Assembly (NCBI GenBank): GCA_049999805.1
Contig: JBNGIO010006064.1
Span: 1-64,000, forward strand
Direction: 5' to 3'
Source of the DNA: Folioceros fuciformis
Lineage: Eukaryota
Length of the DNA stretch: 64,000 nt
Position 1 is the first letter of the stretch. Each line of letters begins with the position of its first letter. Made by a program: the position numbers and the translations under genes. Positions 22,950 through 35,007 of this stretch are shown piece after piece. Under the pieces are notes generated by a model that worked only from the letters and a program-made list of their open reading frames with translations, was not told the origin of the DNA and searched no databases.

Positions 22950-25260
22950 ACTTACCTGCCGGAATGTCTGTTGGCCTGCCGTGTGAACTTCCTCCCTCGC
23001 CAAATTGGCCACCATCAGGGACGCTGGCCATTTCCACGACATCAACGTCTTTGTCGTCAACAACATCAAAGTCTTACGCGGCTCCGTCTTTCGTGACACG
23101 CCACATTCCGATCTGTACATCGGCAGCTGACGGATTCTTGAATACTCCGGCCAGATGATGGAGGAGATGGGTCGGCATCTGATCGAGTGTGGACAGTTCT
23201 GGCGAGATCCGATGTGGCGACGTAGCACACATGTGATATCCTTACGCCGAGCTGTGAGCAGATGGGCTCATAGCAACACGAGTACGACCTTGTTGGTTAA
23301 GATTCTGCGGTTTGAGCGACGCCCGATACATTGTGGGCCAGCCTCATGTGGGCGGGTGAATTGTGCGCCTTCCAGGGCTCAAGAAAGTGGATGTGGAGCT
23401 GTCTGCTGCAATACAGGCTTGCGCTCGTTTGGAGCAGTCCCTGGCACCGGCCTGCGACCCGGAGCTCTATGAAGCGTGTCGTGAGTTCCCTCCACCCAAG
23501 GGATGCCAGCGGATGTGTCTACGATCTGTATTTCTTGCTCCTGATCACGTCATGGTAGAAAGGTCTGGCTGACAACTTGATTGTCCCGACATCAACTTCC
23601 AGAAGATCAAGTGGCAGGTCTTCATGCTGCTGCAGATGCAATACTTGCAAACGAAGAAATGCTAGATCACATGGTAGATGTCGGTTGAAGGACAGCACTC
23701 TGTCGAGAAGTCTAGAAGCCCTACCTGTACCTGCCTGTTCTTCATTTCATTGAACCCGGGAACCCCTGGCAGGCGGAAAGAAGCCTTGCAGCCCTTGATT
23801 CTTCGTACGCTCGGTTTGGACCAAGAGGCGTTCAGATGTTCAAGGTGAGGACACCCCTGGCCATGCGCTGGTGGTCAAAGCCACCTGGTCTTCCACCAAC
23901 CGCATGTTTCATAATGCAGTACGCTCCACAACATGTAACATCCTTGAAGCCGGGGATAGAAGCTGTGGCTAGCAGAGTCACGCAGAAAGAATGGCAACCA
24001 CGCTGGCCTGGTGATCTAGGGGATCCTTTCGAACCGTACTCGGTCGGTATTGTGAATGACAACTTTCCTTCCTCTGAGCTTGTACACGGGAGTCTGGTTT
24101 TGGAGGGGGGCGGGGGGGGTGGGGAGGGGGTGTGCTTTCTTGGCTGATACGTCTTTGGTTCACGGGCCATGCGGGTCTCAGCAACTGATTGAACAACTAG
24201 TCCACAGTGCCATCCAGTACCATGCAAGGTTAGGAGGCTGCCTTACACCAGCTTACTGTGGACTAGGAATCAATGCAGCTAATAGAAAAGATGGGCCGGA
24301 TTCATTGTCCAGGTCCTTGCAACAGCTGAGCTCAGCCTATGCTGCTCTGAGGAAGGCGAATAAGGCAGCCAGGGAGGCTCAGTATGTCCGAACACTATCT
24401 GCCACCGCGGGGGTGACTGTGAAGGAGTACTACCGGCTGCTGGAAATGTTCAACAAGATAGACAATGAGAGGACAGGGTAATTACAATGCGTGGGTAAGC
24501 TGTGCAACGTTCCTTTCCAAACTCACACCGTAACCCCTGATGTCCCTGGTAATGTGGCAGAAGCATCAGCATGAAGCAACTGCTTGCAGCCATGAAAAGG
24601 GACAAAGATGTGAGAGCAAACTCCCGCTTTAAGTGGAAGCACTTGTGCAGCCTGCATCATGACAGCTAAAATCAAAGCTCGTGTAACACAGATTGCTGCC
24701 TTCATGCAACTATCGAGAGGCAAGCAGAGAGATGGTCAAAGGGAGTCCTTTCAGGGCGTGTTCAATAGAATTGATATTGAAGGTAAGCTCCCAGCGCCTT
24801 CCACTTGGCAACGTGGATATTGTTCATTCCCTCCTTGGATCATAACACCATCTGGCCTGCAGGAGTAGGCGCTGTGACATGGGAAAATTTTCTCCGATTC
24901 TTCTCCTGCGAGAGGTCGCTTACAACCACGGGGGTAATGCCACCCATGGTTTGTACACGACCTCAAATCTGTCCCACCCAGAAGGTTGTATGTAGGAGTA
25001 ACCAACTGCCCCCCGGATTCTACCCGCTGCCCTATAAACAAGGTTTGCATTTGTTCCCTCCCTCACCCACTGTCCCTATTCGGGAGCCATATCAAACGCT
25101 TTGACTGCCTTGATTGTTGGTGTGCATGTCACAGAGCGCGTGTCGGTAATTCACCCCCCGATGTCACCTCTTAATACTCGCCACTTTCGGGACTGAATCA
25201 TTCAAATCCAAGGGCAGAGGCCCTAACTCCAAGGAGGTTTGTGCTTCGTCTCTATGTAAG
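22950..25260 (+). CDS. Uncharacterised multi-exon gene with a C-terminal EF-hand pair; may be a pseudogene; boundaries approximate
   Basis: Splicing 24478-24560 gives MFNKIDNERTGSISMKQLLAAMKRDKD. Later exons give IAAFMQL...ESFQGVFNRIDIEGVGAVTWENFLRFFSCE. Upstream coding-like frames contain an apparent in-frame TGA (GQPHVGG*IVRLPGLKK, about 23357). Confidence 0.55.
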
Positions 25261-25947
25261 AACCTTACGATATGCATTGTGGGAAGTTGGGTGAAATCTA
25301 ATCGCCTCACATTCGCATTGTGTGGGAGCACATGAAAACAAAAATCAACTCACGAATTTGTATCATACACCAGGCCACAATTTAATGTTTTCTTATGTGC
25401 TCGAGACATATTTGATTGTTACAATCACGCAAAGCGCCATAAGCATTGTTACAGTTTGACTAGATAACACATGAGACCCCTTCAAAACAAAAATTCTTCC
25501 AAAAGTTACAAGCGACCAGAGCTTTCAACTCTAAAGGATAGAAGATTGAATTGGATGGCTGCGCTCTTCACCTTCCTCCAAAAAATGACTGCAACTCTCG
25601 TTGTGTCCAGCACACAACTACATCCGTACGCCTCGGTCAATGATGTAATAATACCTACCTCCTACCAATTGACCCGGCCCTTCAAGTCCAGTCCGAGGAG
25701 GCTCAATTTCTGTGACCTGTGTGACACGGCTTTCAGCGGGCTCGTCAGGCCAGACTAACATCTGGCCAGACAGAATGAATCAGAATTAGGATACTTGGGG
25801 CGGCAACACCCACCGCTGCCACGGCTAGAGGCTAGCCAGTGCAGGCTCTACAACATGGATCGCTGAGGTTGCCCAGTCATCTCCCCGTTGCAGCAAGTTG
25901 CACCGTCATAGATAGACAGCTGCCAAAAACAATAGTGTCCACCAATA

Positions 25948-28229
25948 TTACAGAAAATACGGCACACCGGCTCGGGGCACCATCATTGCATTGTTTTCGT
26001 CTGTTTCCGTGAAGAACTTCACAACCCTCTCCTGCAAAACAGCAAAAGAATTAACAGAGCTTCCGAAATGAGGCTGACCGCTTCAAAGGTGGTGTAGAGA
26101 CGGCTGCAGATTACCATTTTATCATCGAAGCTCAGTATTGAAGCAACGTTGCCACATCGGTAGCAATAGTTTGGGGCAGACCAGACCTGCAGCAAATCAT
26201 ATCGGCTCCTTTCCTTGAGATTTCCTGAGTACTTCGAAGTGCAATGAAAACATTATGCTCTGCACTGTGGCACTTACGGTAACAAGGCCCTTGTCAGGAA
26301 ACATGTACTTCAATCCTTCCTGTACAAGTTGGTGAGCACGACATACAAGCTCCAATCCATTGATCCGGTTGAACTGCACACAAAAATATGCAGTGGTGAA
26401 CCAATGTTCTCAAAATAGGACCCCAGAGTGGAACTAACCCAAGAGAAGGACACAACCAGCAGCAGTCCACATCAAAAAACCCAACATCATACAAATGGCT
26501 AACGTAACTTCCTCAAGCTTGTACCTCTGACGTAACACGTGCACCAAATAACCATCCGGCTCCCCTTGGACTCACAGCCCACGTATCTATATCATCAGGA
26601 TCACTCCACATGAGGTCACAAAAGGGACCTTCATGAGGGATCTCACACTGTCTCTCTATGACCCTTATCTGTAAAACGAAGAGGGTAAGCTTGCAGCAAC
26701 TGCACAAGATGTTTGTTAGGAGAGACCAAACCTATGTACACGTTCACAGAGTGTGTCTGCATTGAGTGACATACCTGGTCTACTGTCCGAATATCAGGAG
26801 ACAAGCCCCCGTGCACACATAAAACCTGACACAGACAGAACACCAAGTTCGCAGCACGTTTTCATGCGCCAGACGGATGAAAAGATCACTGACTGGCCAA
26901 CGGCATGCTCCAAGTGCAAGACATTTTGGACACGTTTGTCAAGGAGACTGTGAAATATCTTGCTCACCCGACCGTCAATTATTGCTGAAAGAGTCAAGTA
27001 ATCAAAGACATCTGTGCAATAGCGCCAAGCGTTTGAATTGCCATACTTCCTTAGGCATTCATCGTAGAAGCCGTAGACCTGGTACACAATTTGAAGAGAA
27101 ATTTCTGTGTGCAGAACGAAGAACGTGGTAATCCGAAAAGCACGATACACATCCACAACCGTAATGAAACCACCCAATATATGCTGTTCGATATGCGCTA
27201 GTACCTGTGTTATTTGCCGGCTTTCGTGATTACCCCTCAGTAGAGTCATATGAGCAGGATATCTGCATAAGAGAGCAAGATAAGGCAAGCAGCAGAAGAT
27301 GAGCCTTATCTCACACATGTATGAAAAGAGTGAAAATTCACCAGGAAATGAAGCAGAAGATTTAACATGAAAGAGCAGAATAGGACAATCAGCAGCAACG
27401 AATTGCATCCTCAAAAAACATCTTCGATAGACACCTGTAAACAAGATTCCATCCCAACCATTTGCAAGAAATCAAGTTCCACACAAAACACATTCATCTT
27501 CTAACCTACCCAGAAAGCTGCTGAAACTTCCCAGATGCAAACAACTAATGAGCAAAGTACAACGATCTTGAAGCAGACACGCTAGCGTAGGCGAAAAGTA
27601 AGACGACACTCAAGGAGGCTGCTTTGCAGAAGACAACCCTGTCTACATGGGCTTAGTTACAGCCAAAGGGCACGTGACCAGGAAAGCTGATTCACAACCA
27701 CCATTTCCCAAGAGTATACCATGAACAGTCTGGGTCACCTTGCTTTGAGCAGCAGCAGAATCGTGAAAACCTCAAGGCTATTGTACCCCCGATCCACAAA
27801 ATCGCCCTGAGTGAGGAAAGACAATGAGCATCGATGCCGCCCCCGCGGCAAGTGAAGTCCAATCGTCAAGGCACATGATGTAGAAGTCAAGGTTGACAGC
27901 GTGGAATACACCTACCATGAATATATAATTGGTGGCAGGGACATGGCCCCCGGTCTGGAAGAGCTTCATGAGATCATGAAACTGGCCATGAATGTCCCCA
28001 CAAACTGTGACCGGGCTATTCACAGGCTGGACATTAGACTCCTCCACTAGGATTTCTTTGACCTGAAGCAGCCGACGCTACGTAAGCTGGACATGAGGAG
28101 TGGCAGCAACCGCGGTGTGTGCGGAGACAGGGAACGGGTGAGACGTACATATTCACAGAGAAGTTTGAGCTCATCTTCTTGAAGATGTTGCCCGGCCTTG
28201 ACCTTCTCGATCCATTTGTCCAGGTCCAT
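25948..28229 (-). CDS. FYPP: Protein phosphatase 6 catalytic subunit (phytochrome-associated FyPP), multi-exon
   Basis: [68 protein letters not shown] and a C-terminus [10 protein letters not shown]. Confidence 0.96.
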
Positions 28230-28697
28230 GAGAGATTAGCTGCGATGAGTGAATTCAGCCGCACTCGGGTCGTAACGCTCAGCAGCCAGGCCAGGGTTCG
28301 TTTCCGCCTTTTGTCGTTGTAAAGGAGTTTTGCGCAACGCCCTCAGGTTCAGGGGACGATGCTCTTAAAGTCAATACTTCAATTTTAAACTACAGTACTC
28401 GCAGATTCAACTAGGGCTCCGCTCCACCTACTCTACAATGAGCTTACAGAAACCTAGTCGGCCATATCTATAACTAGCAACTACTTGCTAGTAACTATGT
28501 AGGGAAAAAAAAAAGATATTTGAATTTTTTTCTACCTCCTTGGGCGTAGTCCATGGAAATATGAAGTGACTCAACAGGGAAATCTGAACAAGGTGTGCCG
28601 AGACGGGAGCACTCTCTCTAGCCACTCATGTACCCATCTTCTAATCGCCCGATTGGCCATAGTTGTAGGAAGAATGGCCATAGAAGGATTCAAATAG

Positions 28698-28740
28698 ACC
28701 TCATGAGCAAGACACTGAGAAAGTGTCTTGCTCATGAGGT
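28698..28740. repeat. Perfect 19-bp inverted repeat with a 5-nt loop
   Basis: ACCTCATGAGCAAGACACT-gagaa-AGTGTCTTGCTCATGAGGT. Confidence 0.95.
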
Positions 28741-29686
28741 GGGGTACAATGAAGAGAGTCTACTGAGGTAGTGTCGAGCGAGGTGATCGTTGCTTATGCT
28801 ACAAGTGATCGGCTACAAGTGATCGGCTACAAGTGATCGTTGTCGTGCTAAAACAGTGATAGCTAAAAGCGTTCTTGACATTAGGCAACCAACATTGCAT
28901 GTAAACGAGAAACCTAACCTCTCACTCTCTGAGAAGATTGTTGTGAACATGACTGTAAGGCGGATGAGAAAATAAGCAGGGACGAACGGGATCCTGGAAT
29001 CCTGGTAAGTCCTTATCGAAACCACACACATGAACATGAGCAACACTGTCGCGCTGCAAGGAGCGCCAATGTGTCTCGTTCATTCAAAACCATCGTTTGG
29101 GCAAAATCGCACGCAGTGAACTGCCGTAGCACAATCCCAGTCTCCCCAACGCCCACGGGGGCAGCCCGGCCAGGTCAGCCAACTCACAACACCAGCAGAC
29201 CCACTAATCCGCTCCGGTCTCCAACAATTACGACCTGGAGCTCGCCGCTTGCCGGCACCACCACAAGAGCCCCGAGTCTGCAACTCCTCAGTGAAAGGTC
29301 GCGGCTCCTCAGTGAAAGGTCGCGGCCGCTTGCCCAGCTCGGACACTTAGCGTTAGACCCAGCTTACACTCACACCACATGGTCGTTCGCACCATACGAT
29401 CGCAGCCCCAGGTCTGCGAGTCTCCGCGATGACCCCGGTCCACAGCTCGCACCGCGTTAATTCCACACACAAGCTCCAGGCCTGGCTTCGTGATTTGCTC
29501 AGCGTCTCGTGTCGTGCAACCCCGCAGCTAGCAAACATCAGGTGAGGGTTCGCAAAGGAACCGCCACCTGCATCGCCACAAACAACGATCACCGTGTTGG
29601 GCTCGCGATCGGAGCCCCCTCCTCCCGGCTGCAATCCACCGACCCCGTCCTTGCAATCAGATACGCTTCGCCCTCAAAACACCGAC

Positions 29687-29922
29687 TTAGCAAATCAGAC
29701 TCTGTGAGTTGTAGTAAGCGCTTAAATTAGCAAATCAGACTCTGTGAGTTGTACTAAGCGATTAAATTAGCAAATCAGACTCTGTGAGTTGTACTAAGCG
29801 ATTAAATTAGCAAATCAGACTCTGTGAGTTGTACTAAGCGATTAAATTAGCAAATCAGACTCTGTGAGTTGTACTAAGCGATTAAATTAGCAAATCAGAC
29901 TGTGAGTTGTAGTAAGCGCTTA
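29687..29922. repeat. 40-bp minisatellite, about six units
   Basis: Unit ttagcaaatcagactctgtgagttgtactaagcgattaaa; the last unit has a 2-bp deletion. Confidence 0.97.
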
Positions 29923-30200
29923 ATTGGCGTTCCAACCCAAGCGCTCGGGTTGCCATCCCGCCCCAGTTCTTCTCGAAGAAACTGGCCCTAAACTACTCCC
30001 GCCTGTTTGCACACTTTATCATGAATTTATAAACTTTATACATATTTTGTAGGATATGTAATATAGATCCGTATACGAAGCTCATCTCAAACCTTAGATC
30101 CAAGACAACCCGAAGCCCACCAGGGATCACATCTAAGTGCGATTTTGTACATGTTGCTTCTCAAATACTAAATAGATAGCGAGTGATCCATGAGAGGAAC

Positions 30201-32644
30201 TCAGATGTCAGGACGTTTGGACGAAACGGTACAGCGTGGCACTCGAGGGTTAGCGAAAGCTCGATGACTAAATAACAAGAGTAGCAACAAAACAAACATG
30301 ATACCAACAACCTGGTGAAAATCTTTCCTCCCGGTCCCGGTCTTCTCCCCGTAGTACACTTTCAACCACCGCTTCACGTGCTTTATCTCTGTCTCCCGTT
30401 GCTGCACCAGCCAGGTGGGGTCATTTGCCGTTGATGGCCTCAGATCAAGGTGATGGGCTCCTGGACACGCATCAGATACGCTGTTAGGGCAGCTCTCATT
30501 GTAAACAAGAAAGATATGTAGTACTGTGGTAGAAATCGCAAGCGCACCCTCTGCCACGACGCTCGCGACAATGGTGTCGGATATATCCCGTAAAACGCTG
30601 AATCAAAGTAGACAACAAAAGGATGAGACGGCAGTAGATGAAACAAAGCAATAATTCCTGCGCCACAAAATGCTCTGACCTCCCGCCACTCCAAGGGTCC
30701 AGGAGGCCATTCGAGAATAAGATGTTGCTGCCAAAGTGCTTCAACACTCTCTCAATATCCTGCACCCACCCGAGTCGGTCGGGCCGTGAGGTGGCGAATA
30801 CCGCCTAATGGAGGGAACTGTAAAATAGAGGAGAAACGCGTTCTCACTTCACCACCATACTCGGAGATGATCCAGTTCGGCCTTGGCTTAACCCCGTAAC
30901 TCTGGATGCAGTCCTGTTCGTAGAGGTCATAATCCCATGGGTACGGTGGGAACATACTGTTGTTCGGATTGCTGCTCATGGGCATTACCATCTCAGTGCA
31001 GGCCTGAAGAAAACACAAGAGCGTCTATGTGTGAGCGACACCATCACTGGGTCGGTAAGCACTACAAGACATGTTGATGCCATGACGGAGGAGCTGTTTC
31101 CCACCTGCCAGTCCCATCCACTCATTCCATGAGGATCATCGCCAGGGTCGAAACAAGTCTCGGTGCCTGTGAAGTTGTAATATACACTGATACCAGCAAA
31201 AATCCGCGATAGGATTCCAGAGCCGTCGGGCAGACCATCTATTGCCTTGCAAAGCTGGTAACAACGCAGACCACGGTCTACGTTGCGGATCAACATGGTT
31301 ACGGGAACACAAAAGGAGTTTGTTGCACCTCATGCTTTATAGTTCAGTACCTCTCGTACAGGATGTGCAGGCAAGGGCATCAAGAAGTCCGCGGCATAGG
31401 GATAATTGACCATGGCCAGATATGCGTACGCAGAGTACAACCAGTCTTGCAGTTCCCAGGTGCCCTTGAAGTCTCTGATGATCATGCGACAGTAAGATTC
31501 CTCGCTGACTGCAGAGAAAGCAACACAGGAGCGCTGGCGGAGCCAGTACCTGCAAGCGTGAAAGATAACGCTGAGATTGTGCAAGCCGCCATTCAGGAGA
31601 CCTACAGCCTCAATCTCGTCCCAAGATCTGCGAATCACTTCAAAGCAACTCCCACTCTCTTGCTGCACTCAACGCAAAGCAGCGCCAAATGTCAAGTACT
31701 GACCCTCTCGCCCAAGCCATCTTAATCACAACCGTGGAAGGGGTAAAAAATAAACAAGAAGACCTTGAAATCTGACGATACAATTCGATTGAAAGTGTCG
31801 TAGGGGACAATGTCTCCGAATTGCAGAATAGGTGCTGACGACGCCACAGCTCCAATTGCAACATGCGGGTATTTGAGACGAAACCAGGCAGCCAGCACTG
31901 TAGTCGGGTAACCGCTCCAGCCTTAGCCTCTGCATCCCTCTCTTCCTCCCTCCCTTACAGATCCAAGTAGCGAATACCACAGAAATACTTACTGCCGCCG
32001 TAGGAGCCCCCGAAGAGAACCACAGGCGATCCCTCAGCAGACAAATTGTGCTTCAAATCCGAGACCAGAGTCACGTAATCTGCTAACGCTTGCTCCGACG
32101 TGAGGTGCGACAGGGAAGCCCTGTCCTTGTAGGCCAGCTCGCGGCTTCCAAACGGCATAGACTCCCCATAGTACCGGTGCTGGAGGGCAGCAGCAGATCA
32201 GGAGCTTGCCGCTACTCGCACAGGCATTGCATAGCATCGGCATGGCAATGCACTCACCTCAGGAAAGAGCAGCAAGGCCTGGAAGAGTGGCGCAATTTCC
32301 CAAAGAAAGCCGGAATTCTGCGCGAACCACTCTATGTCCCCCTCATTCCCACAGTAGAGGAAGATGGGGGCCTGCTTGTCGGCGCCTCCCCAAAATTGGT
32401 CGCTGATGAGATACCTCTCCTGAAACGTCCCGTTTCCCCATTGCGCGAAGCTGAAATGGTCTAGCGTCTGCGTGAAGTAGCGCACCTGGTAGGCCGCGGA
32501 GGTCGCCACTCCTGCCAGTCGAGGAGCTCGCCGCCGTGGCTGCCCTCGCAATTTGAACGGTCTCTGCTGCCGCTGATGCTCGCCGACTGCTTGCAGCAGC
32601 AAGGGCAGCATGCACAGGAGGAGGAGCCATGCCGAAAGAGCCAT
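30201..32644 (-). CDS. Lysosomal Pro-X carboxypeptidase (peptidase S28), multi-exon, with signal peptide
   Basis: Signal peptide, then [63 protein letters not shown] and GAHHLDLR. Confidence 0.95.
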
Positions 32645-32822
32645 CGCAACCCACTGAACTTGGACAATATGGGATAATTATACAAATGAGCAAGGAGGGC
32701 CCCTCGCCCATGACGCCGGGTGGAAGTGTGGATCAGAGGAAGTGAAGAGTGTAGATTATGGTGGTGTACACGAAGGCCTGCCATTGCGTACGTAGGAGAA
32801 GGATGGATCTGTGAGGAGAAGA

Positions 32823-33758
32823 TCAGGTGAGCTGCAGGGACTGCAACGCGACCTTGGCAGCAACAGAGGCCCGGCTGTGTAGCGCATACTGCATGGCGTG
32901 CGTTAGCCGCTGCAGAGTGTCGGTGCATTCCATGGCCGCCAGGCGCTGCTGCAGCAGTGCGTGCAGATCGGCAGGAGAGGCTCCCGACACAGGCTGCAGA
33001 GCCGCGAAAGACAGCCGCTCCTCGGGAGACACGAAGTGGAGCAAACCTGCGGCCTCCAGCTCCGGCACCGGCGCCTGCTGCGCCCACTGCATGGCGCGCT
33101 CCAGCGGCGTCTGCATTTGCTCGTTCAGCGAGCGCACCCGGAGCTTGAGCTGGAGATACTGCACCTGAGCAAGCGTCTTCTTGAGCTCCTCGGCGGCCAC
33201 TCCCGTCGCCAGGTCCGCGTCCCCATCCGAGGGCCGCTCGTCCACCAGCGGCTCCACTCTGGCCTGCAGGAAAGGCTGAGTCTTGGTCACCTCCACCAGA
33301 GACAGCCGCGCCACGCCCTGCACTGTCACCAGCGCGCCTCCCATCTCCAGGCGCTTCACACCCAGGACGCGGCACAGGCAGGCGTGGGAGGCCACCATGC
33401 TTTGCTGCTGATGCTGCTGGACCAAGATGTGCGACAGGAGGCGGTCTGGTCGCCGCAACACCGCGTCTAACAGCGCCAGGAACCGGGCTTCGTACAGATG
33501 CAGCGACTTGGTAGATCCGGGCACCATCACCTCCGCGGGGCTAAAGGGGAGGCAGGCTAGCTCCAAGTCCTGCTTCTTCTCCGCGCACAGAACCCTAACC
33601 TGAACCTTTCCCTGTCGACCATTGCGATGGTGCAATCCTAGCACTCTGGTGGATCTGCTCTCCCTTGCTACACCCTGTCCTTGCTGCTGCTTTGTCCTTG
33701 GTGTTGTTGCCGGCCATGGCGGACGCAGCAACGCTGCCACTCCCGCGCCTGTTCCCAT
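32823..33758 (-). CDS. LON peptidase N-terminal (substrate-binding) domain protein, likely plastid-targeted, single exon
   Basis: LELACLPFSPAEVMVPGSTKSLHLYEARFLALL...EERLSFAALQPV...AKVALQSL, preceded by a transit-peptide-like N-terminus. First ATG is at 33758. Confidence 0.85.
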   Translation of the reverse strand: MGTGAGVAALLRPPWPATTPRTKQQQGQGVARESRSTRVLGLHHRNGRQGKVQVRVLCAEKKQDLELACLPFSPAEVMVPGSTKSLHLYEARFLALLDAVLRRPDRLLSHILVQQHQQQSMVASHACLCRVLGVKRLEMGGALVTVQGVARLSLVEVTKTQPFLQARVEPLVDERPSDGDADLATGVAAEELKKTLAQVQYLQLKLRVRSLNEQMQTPLERAMQWAQQAPVPELEAAGLLHFVSPEERLSFAALQPVSGASPADLHALLQQRLAAMECTDTLQRLTHAMQYALHSRASVAAKVALQSLQLT

Positions 33759-35007
33759 TGCTGCCCCCTGCACTCTCACACCAGCCCAGTACCTCACCGG
33801 CCTGTCACAACGTAGGTGGTCAACCGAACCTGATCTTCACCTTGCTCCCTGGTTTGCCCTAACCTCATGGGCAGCAGCAGATTCGCCTTCTGCCCCTCGT
33901 TCACTTGTAATCTAGCTGCCTCACTGAAAAGCTGTGCTCCTCATCTGCCTCAACCAAAACATCCGGAAACGCCTCCAGCTCCTAAGCTTCAAGTCTGCGC
34001 CTTCTTCAGAACTCCCCAAATGCGAATCTGATATCGGCAATCGGTGGTGCCAATGTTATGACTTGGTTGCAAATGGAATGAACGAAAAGTCCAAAGAGCT
34101 CCGTCTAAAGAGCTCCCATCTCTTGTCTGTGTTGCGTAACCCCAAGATGAGTAATGGTGTTCCAAGGGACCGCGTAGTTTGTTTGTTCAACGTCAGGAGG
34201 ACACAAATTCCATACTGAGCTTGAAGATTGATTGAACTGCGGGGCTGCGGTCCATCCATATAGTCCATTGAACCGCGGAGCTGCAATCGATCTTGCATAG
34301 AGGTCTCCAACCCACAGACACAACCGAGCATTACGCACATCTTCCCAAGCGGCACAAGAGGAGAAGGCAGGTTAGGTTCTGCAGCTAGCGTTCCATCCCT
34401 GGCCACCCTGGTCCATGGACGCTGCTCTTAGCATTACCATGGATGTGCAACGGAAGATTCACAAGGGACGAGAATTGCAACATTCCGCATCGCCTACAAG
34501 CGATTGTCTTTCAGCCGATGCCGCAAGATGGCTGGCGCTGAAGTTGGGAAAATATTGATCTTAAGACGCGGATGCGGAGGAAGGGAGATGGACACGCGCG
34601 ATCGCAAGGGCTGAGCTGATGCGCTTGACCTAGTATGGCGTGCTTCACATCCCGAACAAGGCAACATCAGCGGTCGCGGCAGGAGGAGGATAATAACACT
34701 GGCGATGAATGGCTGCTGTTGGAGGGAGCGTGACGGTAAGCGGGCAGGCACGAGCCTGCGACCTTGCCTCCACGGGCCCTCCTCTTTCCACCCATTTTTA
34801 GTCCACTTGCCACCAGCGCACGACATGATGGGCAGGAAAATCGGCTAGGCAGTTGCCACTGGCATCTCACGGCCTCCATCCTGCTCGCCGCCTTTGGTAT
34901 CTGCTTTGCGCGTTTTGGGCCTTGGGCGATATCACCAGCAGCTGCTTCTGCTGCTGCCGGTGCAGCACCAGCACCGTCACCTCCCGTGCCTGTCATGTGA
35001 CTTGCTC

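Noticed and set aside
24476-24481. Frameshift or stop inside the first EF-hand loop
   Set aside because: It is explained by a GT-AG intron at 24478-24560 that restores DNERTGSISMKQ.
29687-29922. CRISPR-like 40-bp repeat
   Set aside because: The units are head-to-tail with no spacers, so it is a minisatellite.
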